A DNA stretch of 64,000 nucleotides from assembly GCA_963836875.1 (NCBI GenBank), contig CAWIKZ010000004.1:48387-112386 (forward strand). The letters run 5' to 3'. This document shows, piece by piece, positions 8,392 through 18,244 of this stretch. The notes under the pieces were generated by a model that was given only the letters and a program-made list of their open reading frames with translations, made no database searches and was not told the DNA's origin. The position numbers and the translations under genes were made by a program. Positions within the stretch are counted from its first letter, which is position 1. The number at the start of each line of letters is the position of its first letter. This stretch comes from an uncultured Acidobacteriaceae bacterium (lineage in GTDB: Bacteria; Acidobacteriota; Terriglobia; Terriglobales; Acidobacteriaceae).

Positions 8392-10494
8392 CTCTTCCAC
8401 CTCGACCTCTTCGCCGCGCTCGGCCTTGGCGGCTGCGATGATCTTCTCCTGCTGCAGCGCGGGGACGAAGTCGTAGTGGTCCATTTCCATCGAGAAGCTG
8501 CCGCGGCCCTGCGTCATCGAGGTCAGGTCGGTGCCGTAGGTCAACATTTCGGCCATGGGCACCACAGCCTTCACGACGGTCTTGCCAGCCTTGTTGTCCA
8601 TGCCCTGGATGCGGCCGCGACGGCTATTCAGGTCGCCCATGATGCCGCCGGCAAATTCGTCAGGAATGGTGATCTCGACATTCATGATCGGCTCCAGCAG
8701 CGTGGGCTTGGCTTGCTCCATAGCCTTGCGGAAGGCAATGCGGCCCGCGGTCTTGAACGACAATTCGTTGGAGTCCACATCGTGATATGAGCCGTCGTAC
8801 AGAATGACCCTGAAGTCCACCACCGGGAAGCCAGCGAGAAAGCCGCGTTGTGCGGCTTCTACAATGCCCTTCTCGACGGCGGGAATGTAGTTTTTGGGAA
8901 TCGCGCCGCCGAAAATCTCATTGACGAACTCGAAGTTGCCGCCGCGCGGCATGGGCTCCATCTTGATCTTGCAATCGCCAAACTGGCCGTGTCCGCCACT
9001 CTGTTTTTTGTGGCGTCCCTGCACGTCGGCCTTGCCACGGATGGTCTCACGGTAGGGAACCTTGGGAGCTTTGAGGTTCACTTCGGTGTGATAACGGTTC
9101 TTAAGCTTTGAAACGACGACCTCGATGTGCTGCTGGCCGGTGCCCGCGATGAGGAACTCTTTGGTCTGGGCATCGCGGAAGAAGCGCAGCATGGCATCCT
9201 CTTCCATCAGCTTGTGGATGCCATTACTCAGCTTGTCTTCGTCGGCGCGGGTCTTGGGCTCGATAGCGAACGTGATCGCCGGTTCGGCGAAGGTGACCTG
9301 CGGATACTGGATTGGAGCACCCTTGTCGCCCAGGGTATCGCCGGTCAACGTGTCCTTCAACTTGGCAACTGCGCCGATATCACCGGCGTGGAGCTCGTTG
9401 ACCGGGACCGCCGTCTTGCCCTGCATGATCGAAAGGTGGGCAAACTTTTCGGAGCCGCCACGGTTGAAGTTCTGCAGGCTCGCGTCGTTCTTCAGCACGC
9501 CGGAATAAACCTTGAAAAAGGAGATGCGGCCCGAGAACGGATCGCTGATGGTCTTGAAGACGAACAGCGAGAGGGGCTCGGAGTCGCTGATCTTGCGGGT
9601 TGCGGGCTCGCCATTGTTGGCGGTGGCGGCGGCTCTTACTTCGCCACGCTCGACCGCTGTCGGCATGTAATTCACGATGAAGTCGAGTACTTCGTCGGTG
9701 CCGATGTTGCCCAGACCTGAGGCGAAAAGAACGGGGAAGATCTTGTCCTCGCGAATGGCATTGTGCAGCCCGGCGATAATGTGCTCTTCGGCGATAGTGC
9801 CCTTGTCGAAGAACTCCTCCATCAACGCATCGTCGCCTTCCGCCACCAGCTCCACCAGGCGCTCGTGTGCGGCCTTGGCCTGCTCTTCTATGTGGGCGGG
9901 AATTGGGCCGACGGTTGACTTGCCGTTGCCGCCCATCTCGTACGTGTAGGCCTGCATCTTCACCAGGTCCACGACGCCGGTGAAACTCTTCTCGGAGCCG
10001 ATGGGCAATTGCACCGGCACAACCGTCCGGCCAAACGCCGTAGTGAGCGATTCCATGACGCGGTTGAAGTCGGCGCGCTCGCGGTCCGTGCGAGTACACA
10101 CGATGACCCGCGGCAACGCGACCCGGTCGTAGTAATGCCAAATGCGCTCGGTCACCACTTCCACGCCGCTGACTGCGTCCACCACGACCAGGGCGGCTTC
10201 CACCGCAGGCATCACCATCTCGGCTTCGTGGATGAACATATTGAAACCGGGGGTGTCAATCAGGTTGATCTTGGTCTTGCCCCACTCGACGAACGCGGTC
10301 GCGGCGGAGATGGACATCGCCCGCGAGACTTCTTCTTCGTCGTAATCGGTGACGGTGGTGCCTTCATCGACCCGGCCAAAGCGCTGGGTGGCGCCGGCAG
10401 TAAAGAGCATCGCCGAGGCCAGGGAAGTTTTGCCCGAATGGGAATGCCCGATCAGGGCGACGTTGCGGATGTTTACGCCTTCGTAATTCTTCAC
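8389..10494 (-). CDS. elongation factor G paralog (EF-G2-like translational GTPase)
   Basis: 701 aa. G-domain motifs NVALIGHSHSGKTSL, DTPGFNMF, TRTD. EF-G domains II-V are recognisable (GDIGAVAKLKD..., PVVDFRVILYDGSYHDVDSNELSFKTAG). The N-terminus differs from canonical fusA (AHIDAGKTT). Confidence 0.9.
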   Translation of the reverse strand: MKNYEGVNIRNVALIGHSHSGKTSLASAMLFTAGATQRFGRVDEGTTVTDYDEEEVSRAMSISAATAFVEWGKTKINLIDTPGFNMFIHEAEMVMPAVEAALVVVDAVSGVEVVTERIWHYYDRVALPRVIVCTRTDRERADFNRVMESLTTAFGRTVVPVQLPIGSEKSFTGVVDLVKMQAYTYEMGGNGKSTVGPIPAHIEEQAKAAHERLVELVAEGDDALMEEFFDKGTIAEEHIIAGLHNAIREDKIFPVLFASGLGNIGTDEVLDFIVNYMPTAVERGEVRAAATANNGEPATRKISDSEPLSLFVFKTISDPFSGRISFFKVYSGVLKNDASLQNFNRGGSEKFAHLSIMQGKTAVPVNELHAGDIGAVAKLKDTLTGDTLGDKGAPIQYPQVTFAEPAITFAIEPKTRADEDKLSNGIHKLMEEDAMLRFFRDAQTKEFLIAGTGQQHIEVVVSKLKNRYHTEVNLKAPKVPYRETIRGKADVQGRHKKQSGGHGQFGDCKIKMEPMPRGGNFEFVNEIFGGAIPKNYIPAVEKGIVEAAQRGFLAGFPVVDFRVILYDGSYHDVDSNELSFKTAGRIAFRKAMEQAKPTLLEPIMNVEITIPDEFAGGIMGDLNSRRGRIQGMDNKAGKTVVKAVVPMAEMLTYGTDLTSMTQGRGSFSMEMDHYDFVPALQQEKIIAAAKAERGEEVEVEE

Positions 10495-10756
10495 CTATGG
10501 ACTCCTTCGAGTGATCCGCTCCACCTGGCGCTCAGAGGCATTGCTCCCCAGTAGCACGCCATCGTGCTTGCACAACCCCGAGGTTGCCGGCGAGGCAAAA
10601 AGGCGGGGCACCATGCCGGCTTGCGCATGGTGAAACTGCACAAACTTAGAATGCTAGCACAACGAGTTTCGCGCTTCCACCGCAGAGGGTCGCAAGGACT
10701 GGGGGTTTCCCTCAGCACTGGTCAATCCTCGCGATCATCTGTGAGCGTCGTCGCGT

Positions 10757-11260
10757 TTAGAGTAGCGCCGGGGATGGGACCTGGATCCGGAGGCGGGGAC
10801 CCGCTTTACGCAAGGTGGGAACCGGCGCGGGGAAAGCCTCGGCCATTTGCAGCTTGGCGGCTGCGATTTCTTCCTGCGTGGGGGGACTGATCTGGATCAC
10901 GACGTTGCTGTTGACCTCGGAAGCATGTTGGAACAGGTTCTGATTCAGCATGATCGACTCCAACAGGCGCCCGAGATCGCGTGAATGAAAGCCGTTGCTG
11001 AAGCGTGGACCACTCGACCAGCCGGGATTCACGGAGTAATCGCAGATCAGGCTCCAGTATCCGCGCGCGGTCTTACACCACATTTTTAGGCTGTCCACGG
11101 AACGCCCACCGCCGATGTGATATTCGACCTGCAGCAAGCCCCCGGTTGTCACTTGCACCAGGTCACTCCAGTTCACAATCACAGCGCTTTCCAGAATTTG
11201 GCTGAGCTGGACGTTCTGAGCCGGCAGAGATTGCGGTGTCGTAGTCATCGTGTCCTCCAT
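10757..11260 (-). CDS. hypothetical protein
   Basis: 167-aa ORF with coding-like composition. It lies immediately upstream (same strand) of no partner and downstream of a receiver gene. I recognise no family. Confidence 0.45.
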   Translation of the reverse strand: MEDTMTTTPQSLPAQNVQLSQILESAVIVNWSDLVQVTTGGLLQVEYHIGGGRSVDSLKMWCKTARGYWSLICDYSVNPGWSSGPRFSNGFHSRDLGRLLESIMLNQNLFQHASEVNSNVVIQISPPTQEEIAAAKLQMAEAFPAPVPTLRKAGPRLRIQVPSPALL

Positions 11261-11293
11261 GAACTATTGAAGCGTCGGGTAAAAACTGTACTA

Positions 11294-11830
11294 TCAGGCT
11301 ATTTCTTGCAACACAGGTTCAGCCGTCGCGCTAAAAGTTTCTTCCACAGAATTGGTCTGGCTCTGTGGGCCATTGCGCGTCTTGGCCGCGGCGATCCGCC
11401 AACTGGCTTCCACGAACCCATTCCTCTGCGGCAGCAGCTCGCAACTTTCCCTCATCGCGTTACGCAGCGACTCTCCCCATTCCATCCCATGTGCTTCGGG
11501 AACATAGGAACCGGGAAAGGGCTGAAGCGCAACAAAGTCTGGGCGACCGACCAGGAAAGCGACAATCTGGTCTGGGCTGTCCTTTTTGATCTCATCGCGA
11601 AAGGCGAGGGCGCCGTGGTAATCCCGGCGGATGTCAATCAGCACCATGTCATAGCGGTCCGGATGCCAAACCAACCCTGCCTCCTCGAGGTCGCTGGCGC
11701 CGATCATGTCCACGCCGTGCAAGGCCATGATTTTCTTGCGCAGGGCCCGCCGCTCGGAATTCGTGTCCATGAGCAGAACGCATTTCTTAAGCTGAACGGT
11801 CTTATCGGCGAGACTTGATGCGGTTATCAT
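11294..11830 (-). CDS. stand-alone response-regulator receiver-domain protein with C-terminal extension
   Basis: ORF 11294..11869; ATG 11830 is preceded by GGAGGAG. KCVLLMDTNSERR...YDMVLIDIRRDYHGALAFRDEIKK...IVAFLVG fits a CheY-like fold with an acceptor Asp in MVLID. Confidence 0.65.
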   Translation of the reverse strand: MITASSLADKTVQLKKCVLLMDTNSERRALRKKIMALHGVDMIGASDLEEAGLVWHPDRYDMVLIDIRRDYHGALAFRDEIKKDSPDQIVAFLVGRPDFVALQPFPGSYVPEAHGMEWGESLRNAMRESCELLPQRNGFVEASWRIAAAKTRNGPQSQTNSVEETFSATAEPVLQEIA

Positions 11831-12370
11831 CGCGCTCCTCCTGCGACTCCTTGCGCAGTCCCCCGGCAAAAGAAGTTCGTAGCTGTCTTATGTTTGCGAA
11901 GTACGCTTGTAAGGAGGGCTGAAGAGTACACCTTCGTCGGTAACGGAAGGCGCTGGAAGGGGAATCCCCCGGAAGATAACCCCACTACAGTGATTATACG
12001 CCAGCTCAGGAAGCCCCGGTTCTAGTGTGCCTTGCCGAAACAAAAGGACGAGGCGCGGCAAAATTCAAGCGAATAACTTACCCGCCTCAAGTCCCTGCAG
12101 TTCTAGTAGCGGTGTGGCAGCTCGCGCTCGGTATCGACCGAACTGGTCAACGTGCCGATCAGGTAACTGATCAAAATCACGACGACCACCGCAATCGTAA
12201 CTACATCCATGTGGCACCTCACCCGGTTCGGCCCTTTGGCCCTATGAACCCCGTCCTCTGGAAATACTCTCCGGTTGACCCTATGATGACGGGGCGCACC
12301 GAAAGTGGTGCAGTGTTTGTAGCACAATTTCGCCCAAGTTGCAGTTCAAATCGTGAGTACGGCCACGTAA

Positions 12371-12724
12371 TCAGGCGGCGGCTTGCGGACCGACCTCGCT
12401 GATCACCCGCAACAGCGCGTCTGGTCCGTCGGCTCCCACCACATAACGGTCGGCCTCGACCTCGGGCCACTCGCCATAAAGATGGACGATGTAAACGACC
12501 TTGCTCTCCGGATGGCGCTCGTGGAAAAGGCGGATCACTTTTCTCGCGGTAGCATCGGGCAGCCGGTGACAGACCACAATCACATCGACGCGGACTGGAT
12601 TGTCCGGGGCCTCCAGCGCCTCTTTTTCTGTCATGATCGCAACCACTTCGTGGCCGGCGGTTTCCAGGGCCCGCTGGCGTAAGAGCGCCAACTCCTGGTC
12701 CGTAGTGAGAATAAGAATTTTCAT
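12371..12724 (-). CDS. atypical (pseudo-)receiver domain protein
   Basis: MKILILTTDQELALLRQRALETAGHEVVAI...VDVIVVCHRLPDATARKVIRLFHERHPESKVVYIV. This is a CheY-like pattern, but the phospho-acceptor position reads Cys (VIVVC) instead of Asp. Confidence 0.6.
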   Translation of the reverse strand: MKILILTTDQELALLRQRALETAGHEVVAIMTEKEALEAPDNPVRVDVIVVCHRLPDATARKVIRLFHERHPESKVVYIVHLYGEWPEVEADRYVVGADGPDALLRVISEVGPQAAA

Positions 12725-12809
12725 CGCGAGTCTTCCCTGCCAGTCCTGAAGTCGTCCTTGCGGAGGATATCAAAACCAACGAAGGTTGGCAGCGCAATTT
12801 CTGATGGTT

Positions 12810-14144
12810 CTAATGTGGCCCTGCACCGGCGTTATTGCTGCGAGCCATCAAGTTCCGCAGTACCGCGACCTCGGACTCGATGGCCGTCTTCAGGCTGGGC
12901 TCCATGTCGGGCGCAAAGAACGGCGAATGGTTCGACGGCAGGTGAATTCCGCTGGCCTGCGCTTCTTTGAACTTTTCGGGATCGGCAACGCCAAGCCAGA
13001 AATAGAACGAGGGCACCCCGGCCTCGACGAAATAGGAATAGTCTTCCGAAGCCATGATGGGCGGCTCCCTCTGCACTCGTCCGGCTCCCAGCGCTTGTGT
13101 CAGTGCCTGGCTAAGCCGCTCGGCCAGCTTAGGGTCGTTGTAGAGCGCGTCCGTGGATTCCACGACTTGCACCAGTGGCGCTTTGGGAGCGTCCGCCGCC
13201 TGCGCTTCCGCCTTGGCGACGCGCTCGATTGCCGCCAGCAGATGCTTGCGCACTTCCGGCGTGTATGAGCGGACGGTCAGGCCAAGGTGGACCTCATCGG
13301 GAATGATGTTGTTCTTGGTGCCTCCCTGAATGTAGCCGACGGTGATGACGGCGGGATCGCCCGGCTTGATTTCGCGCGACACGATGGTCTGCAGCGTCAG
13401 GACCACGCGAGCGGCAATGACGATGGGGTCCACGGTGGATTCAGGGCTGGCTCCGTGGCCTCCTTTGCCGTAAATCGTAATGTCAACGGAGTCGGCATTC
13501 GACGCCGCGTATTCCGGAGTGAAGCCCACCTCGCCGGCTGGCAGGGTGTTGGTCGTGTGCAACGCCACCCCAACATCAGGTTTGGGAAAGCGCGTGAACA
13601 GGCCGTCAGCAATCATGCCGGTGGCGCCGCCCGCTGTTTCCTCGGCGGGTTGGCCGATCAGCACCAGCGTGCCGTGCCATTGATCTTTGGTCTTCGCCAT
13701 AATTTCTGCCGTACCCACCAGTGCCGCCATGTGGATGTCATGTCCACAGGCGTGCATCACGGCGACGTCATGACCTGCATTGTCCTTGGTGCGGACCGTA
13801 CTGGCGTACGACAGACCCGTCTTCTCCGCAACCGGAAGCGCGTCCAGCTCAGTCCGCAGCATGACCGTGGACCCTGCTGCATTGCGAAGAACTGCCACCA
13901 CGCCGGTCCCGCCCACGTGCTCGGTCACCTCGTAACCCAGCGCCCGCAGTTTGGCGGCAACTTTGGCGGCAGTATTGACCTCATGCCCCGAGAGCTCAGG
14001 ATGCTCGTGCAGGTCCATATACAGCGTCTTCACCTGCGGATAAACCGAATCGACCTGGGCAGAAAGTGGGGGCCCACCCGCTGACTGCGACCAGCCGCTC
14101 GCTGCCAAAATCAGGCACGCCGCTAGAAACCACAAAGTTTTCAT
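12810..14144 (-). CDS. secreted M20-family amidohydrolase (N-acyl-amino-acid amidohydrolase / hippurate hydrolase-like)
   Basis: ORF 12810..14234; ATG 14144 gives the signal peptide MKTLWFLAACLILAASGWSQ. Motifs DLHEHPELSGHE, MHACGHDIHMAAL, GQPAEE, YGKGGHGASPE. Confidence 0.85.
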   Translation of the reverse strand: MKTLWFLAACLILAASGWSQSAGGPPLSAQVDSVYPQVKTLYMDLHEHPELSGHEVNTAAKVAAKLRALGYEVTEHVGGTGVVAVLRNAAGSTVMLRTELDALPVAEKTGLSYASTVRTKDNAGHDVAVMHACGHDIHMAALVGTAEIMAKTKDQWHGTLVLIGQPAEETAGGATGMIADGLFTRFPKPDVGVALHTTNTLPAGEVGFTPEYAASNADSVDITIYGKGGHGASPESTVDPIVIAARVVLTLQTIVSREIKPGDPAVITVGYIQGGTKNNIIPDEVHLGLTVRSYTPEVRKHLLAAIERVAKAEAQAADAPKAPLVQVVESTDALYNDPKLAERLSQALTQALGAGRVQREPPIMASEDYSYFVEAGVPSFYFWLGVADPEKFKEAQASGIHLPSNHSPFFAPDMEPSLKTAIESEVAVLRNLMARSNNAGAGPH

Positions 14145-14322
14145 GATTTCCCTTCTTGTAGTGTCATTTCCGCCAATTCTTCGCTCTGGTGAGCCACGCA
14201 TCTTACTACAAACAAGCTTGATAGACGCCATCAAAAGAATCTACCGCAATTTCATCAACTCTCAACCCAACCGGGGAATCTAATGCGTATCCCATACATA
14301 CATTCTTAGAGAGGATCTGGGT

Positions 14323-15213
14323 TTGAATTTATACCAGCAGAACCAACCACCCGAACCCGAAAACATGATAGAGAAAATACATCCTAAGAAGCGATATATA
14401 TTTGCCAGCGATTTTGACCGGACCCTGAGCTTTAACGACTCGGGATACGTTTTGGCCGAGCTATTGGGCATTTCCGAGGCTGAGTTCGAGCGCAAAGCCA
14501 CCGGAATGGCGAAGTTGAACCTCGTCCAGCAGGGAGGCGAGCTCGCCTATCTGCTGCTGCACGATCCTGAGTTCCGCTCCAAAGTCCGGCCTGAGCATCT
14601 CTACAAAGCGGGCAAGCAGGTACGCCTGAAGCCGAACATTGACTTGCTCTACCGCTTCCTTTCCGAGGAAGTTGAGGGCTACCACTTCGATTTCTACGTG
14701 ATCTCGGCTGGCCCGGTGGAAGTGATCCGCTCGGCCCTCGAGGGCGTCATTCCCGCCGATCATATCTACGGCACGGAGTTTGAATACAACAAGCACGGCG
14801 AAATCGAACGCATCCTTCAGGTGACGGCCGGATACGGCAAGGTCGCGGTTATCGACCAATTGCTCGAAAATCTTAGGACCGGGCCTGATCGTATCGTCTA
14901 TGTAGGCGATGGCAGCTCCGACATCCATGTCATGCTGCACGTGAATCGGCGCGATGGTTTCACCATTGCCGTTTCCGAGAACAAGTACCTGGCGCCCATT
15001 GCCAAGCGTTCCGTGATCAGCGACAGCGCGCTGGCCATCCTCGTTCCCATCCTGGAAGAGGTGGTGGGCTGGGACTCGCATTCGATTCGCAATCTGTTCG
15101 AAGCCAAGGGACTGCTCATTCAGCAGTGGGACAAGGTGCAAACCGATGTCCTCACCATCGTTCCCAGCGTCGCTCCGGCGGAAGAGCGAGTGGATGCTGC
15201 CATCGCCGATTGA
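14323..15213 (+). CDS. HAD-superfamily hydrolase (subfamily IB, phosphoserine-phosphatase-like)
   Basis: Motif [11 protein letters not shown] and motif [14 protein letters not shown]. The start is TTG 14323 (GAGAGGA upstream) or ATG 14365. Confidence 0.75.
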   Translation: MNLYQQNQPPEPENMIEKIHPKKRYIFASDFDRTLSFNDSGYVLAELLGISEAEFERKATGMAKLNLVQQGGELAYLLLHDPEFRSKVRPEHLYKAGKQVRLKPNIDLLYRFLSEEVEGYHFDFYVISAGPVEVIRSALEGVIPADHIYGTEFEYNKHGEIERILQVTAGYGKVAVIDQLLENLRTGPDRIVYVGDGSSDIHVMLHVNRRDGFTIAVSENKYLAPIAKRSVISDSALAILVPILEEVVGWDSHSIRNLFEAKGLLIQQWDKVQTDVLTIVPSVAPAEERVDAAIAD

Positions 15214-15415
15214 GCAAGCTGCGGCGTAAATTTCTTTGGACGATCAGAAAAAATCCTTTTGGCTACTGTTCACTCTCCTTGGCTTGGGGGCATTCTTCCT
15301 GCCATTGGGGTGGGCCGTAGCTGAAACCGTGGCGGCACTGATCGTCAGTTGGTGGGTTATCTACCGCAGCGGCATCTACTAAGAACCGGCCTCGCGCGGC
15401 GGCGAAACCTCGGAC

Positions 15416-17494
15416 CTATTTCGGCACGTTAATTACGATCTCGTCCGTGTACCCGAGCAGCGGATCGCCATACGTTTCTGCGCTCTGAGCGAACAGATCG
15501 CAATTCGCCTTCAACTCCCGCGCAGGTTGCTCTTTGCCATTGATGCGAACGCTAATGGCTGCGGGCGCGCCAAATAGCTCCTGCCGAAGCAGCAGCCGCA
15601 GTTTGCGCACGTTCTTCGTCTTGATCTCGACCGTGTTGTCGGGAAGAATGCGGCCGTTGATTTCGGCAGCGCCCCCATCTTTCTCCAGCACTTCTATCCA
15701 ATAGCGCCGCGGATAAGTCAGGCTGGTAATCTTCATCGCGATGGTGCGGGGAAATGGATCCCGAACGAAGCGTTCCAGAAAGGGCATGGTGAAGCCGTCG
15801 TCTGCAGACAAGGTAATTTCGTGTCCGCGGTCCTTCAGGATGTGCAGTTCCGGAGGGACACGCGGATGCAAGCCGCGCAGTTCGTCGTAGGTGATGACCG
15901 AGGCCGAGGGTGGAATGAGCGTGTCCTTATCACCGTGCAGAAACAGCAATGGAATGTTGAGAAGGTTCTTCAGCGGCAGGGTCTCACCACTGGGAGAATT
16001 GACTCCCGCGCCCATCTGAGACGCAATGGCGGCCCAGCGGCCAGGCCACAGCGTGCCGAAGTACAAGGCCGCGCTCCCGCCATTGCTGAACCCCGCAAGG
16101 TAGATGCGGTTGGTATCGACGTTGTAGCTGCGCAAAATCTCCAGAAGCAGCTGGTCCACCATCGCCGTCGGCTTCTGTTCCCACCACATCGCGCCGGCCG
16201 CATTGGGATAGACCGCCAGGAATCCAGAATGCCGCACCACGTCTTCCGCCGTGAGCGCGGCATCGAAGGCTTGTCCGCCGCCGCTCAGGTACATCAGCAG
16301 CGGGAACGGTTGGTCGCTGCGATAATCCAGCGGCACATGGACCATGAAGGGCACGCCTTCAAATGACGGTGCGGTCATGCTTCTCAGCGTGGTACCAGGC
16401 TTCTGGCGTTCGTAGCGCCGCGCCGGAAGTGGGCAGCGGCCACTTGGCGGTTCGGAGGGCATCGCCCGAAAGCGTGACGCGATACGCTGCACTTCGGCGT
16501 CGTTGCTGCTTAGCAAAGGGGTGAGCAGGTCCTGGGGCGGGATTAAGTCTTTCTGATAGCAGAGGGCGAGAGTGAGTGCCTGCACCTCGGGCGAGCCAGT
16601 GCGCAACAGGGTCTCCAGCGTTTCGGGGTCGGGAGCTGCCCCTCCAGCGGCGAGATAAGCGCTCAGCGCGCCCTGTTGGACTTGCACGTCTGCCAGCCAC
16701 GACGCCGGCGTTTCGCCGTGGCGCACTTCTAATAGCTCGAGTGTCATTCGCTCGTGGATTATGGAATCGCCGAACTCGTGGGTTTCTCCGGTGAACTCCA
16801 GCTTGGTCAATATCCCCTGCTGCGGGCAGAAAGTGTAGCTTAGATGCAGCCCTGTGTGCCTCCCGTTGTCTGCAAAGACTGCGCAGGTCTCGCCAGCGGT
16901 TGGCTCGAAGCGCAGCAAGGCAACCGTCAGGCCGGACGGCAGGCCCTGCACTTCGGCGCCAGTCTGCGCCGGGCCGGCAGGCAAGGGCAGAATCTCAGGA
17001 ATTCCATAGAGCAGTTTGCTGGTGACTTCCCGCACCGTCGTGAGCGGAGCTTGCGGCACGCCGGTGGCAGAGAAAACATTAGCGTCGAAGAAATGCGGCG
17101 AGCGCTTGGCCATGCGCGCCTTGAACTTTGCAGTTTCCTGGGCGAGCCTGTTCTTGCCGTGCTCCAGGAACTCCAGCATTTCCGCCGATTGCCGGTTACG
17201 CTGGATGCCAACCAGCACCGCACCACCGGCTTCGTCGAGCACGACGACATCGTTGCGAAAAACGGTCCGGGTCCGGAACGTCTGGTCCGAAGACTTGCCT
17301 TCGCTCTCGAACACCTCGCGATAGATGAGGTGATCTCCCGCATGCAGTTTGTAGCGAAGCAGCGGCGCCCCGCTCTGCCCCGAGACATCAACGCCGACAA
17401 GGACGATCACGGCGAAAAGTTCCCAAAGAAACCGTTGCCGCCTGGAGCGCGCAGAGCTGCGCGAGTAATCACTTCTGCGATGGGTGGCTTTCAT
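15416..17494 (-). CDS. alpha/beta-hydrolase (esterase / prolyl-oligopeptidase-like serine hydrolase) with large N-terminal non-catalytic region
   Basis: ORF 15416..17569 (ATG 17494 = MKATHRR...). The C-terminal half has the nucleophile elbow YLAGFSNGGSAALYFG, LFLHGDKDTLIP and KDRGHE. The N-terminal half has helical repeats. Confidence 0.7.
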   Translation of the reverse strand: MKATHRRSDYSRSSARSRRQRFLWELFAVIVLVGVDVSGQSGAPLLRYKLHAGDHLIYREVFESEGKSSDQTFRTRTVFRNDVVVLDEAGGAVLVGIQRNRQSAEMLEFLEHGKNRLAQETAKFKARMAKRSPHFFDANVFSATGVPQAPLTTVREVTSKLLYGIPEILPLPAGPAQTGAEVQGLPSGLTVALLRFEPTAGETCAVFADNGRHTGLHLSYTFCPQQGILTKLEFTGETHEFGDSIIHERMTLELLEVRHGETPASWLADVQVQQGALSAYLAAGGAAPDPETLETLLRTGSPEVQALTLALCYQKDLIPPQDLLTPLLSSNDAEVQRIASRFRAMPSEPPSGRCPLPARRYERQKPGTTLRSMTAPSFEGVPFMVHVPLDYRSDQPFPLLMYLSGGGQAFDAALTAEDVVRHSGFLAVYPNAAGAMWWEQKPTAMVDQLLLEILRSYNVDTNRIYLAGFSNGGSAALYFGTLWPGRWAAIASQMGAGVNSPSGETLPLKNLLNIPLLFLHGDKDTLIPPSASVITYDELRGLHPRVPPELHILKDRGHEITLSADDGFTMPFLERFVRDPFPRTIAMKITSLTYPRRYWIEVLEKDGGAAEINGRILPDNTVEIKTKNVRKLRLLLRQELFGAPAAISVRINGKEQPARELKANCDLFAQSAETYGDPLLGYTDEIVINVPK

Positions 17495-17695
17495 TGGGAA
17501 CAGCCTATGATCCGGGTGGAGCTTGCCAACAGAAAGATGATCACGTGCAGCGTAGTAGAACAATTTCACACTTGGAAATCATGCCGTCCCGGTGACCAGG
17601 ACGGCTTCTGGGGAAAGCTTCGACCGGGTCTGAGCCACTTGCCCGTGAGTTCGTCAGAAAATAAGAGTCGGGTAGTCTTCTTTTCCGTCAGACAC

Positions 17696-18121
17696 TCACT
17701 GCGCGCGAACGATTTCTACCGAGCACTTGGCATGGCGAGCGACGAATTCGGCCACGCTGCCGAGCAAAAAGCGCTGGATGCCTCTCTGTCCATGCGAACC
17801 AACCACGATCAGATCGGCAGCCCACTCGGCGGCAGCGTCGATGATCGTCTCTCTAATGTCACCTACCTCGACGGCGGTCTCCACCTTGAATCCTGCGCTA
17901 CGCAGGCCGTTCGCAATGCGCTCAACCAACTCATGGGCCGGCTTCTTCTGATCTTCCAACTCGGGAGCGTAGCCTGACGCCATTTGCGGTGGGGCTGGCG
18001 CACTCGCCTGCAACACGTGCAAGACTCGGACCTCCGTATTCCCAGTCCGAAACTGCGCAACAATGGCCCTTAACACGTCTCCGGAGGACTTCGAATCGTC
18101 GATTCCCGCGAGGACCTTCAT
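17696..18121 (-). CDS. universal stress protein (UspA family)
   Basis: ATG 18121 is preceded by [21 protein letters not shown]...[36 protein letters not shown]. Confidence 0.85.
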   Translation of the reverse strand: MKVLAGIDDSKSSGDVLRAIVAQFRTGNTEVRVLHVLQASAPAPPQMASGYAPELEDQKKPAHELVERIANGLRSAGFKVETAVEVGDIRETIIDAAAEWAADLIVVGSHGQRGIQRFLLGSVAEFVARHAKCSVEIVRAQ

Positions 18122-18244
18122 GACTCCTCCTCCTTCTTGAAGCAGCAACAGGGTACCACGGCGAAACCAAATACTTTGATCGCAGCCCGAGACGAAGGTT
18201 TGGGAACCTGCTGGGTTGGTTTTGCCCGCGCGCTCGCCAGCTGC

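Noticed and set aside
12103-12210. Possible 35-aa hydrophobic peptide (MDVVTIAVVVVILISYLIGTLTSSVDTERELPHRY) with a GAGG-like Shine-Dalgarno sequence. The longer 74-aa ORF 12103..12327 is in the track.
   Set aside because: It is too short to support from sequence alone, has no partner genes (for example kdp) nearby, and could be chance in an intergenic region. It is worth a ribosome-profiling look only.
15236-15382. A 48-codon TTG-initiated ORF after the HAD gene, encoding a two-helix hydrophobic peptide (..KKSFWLLFTLLGLGAFFLPLGWAVAETVAALIVSWWVIYRSGIY).
   Set aside because: It has no ATG or GTG start, no clear Shine-Dalgarno sequence, and falls below the ORF-track threshold. It is plausible but unsupported.
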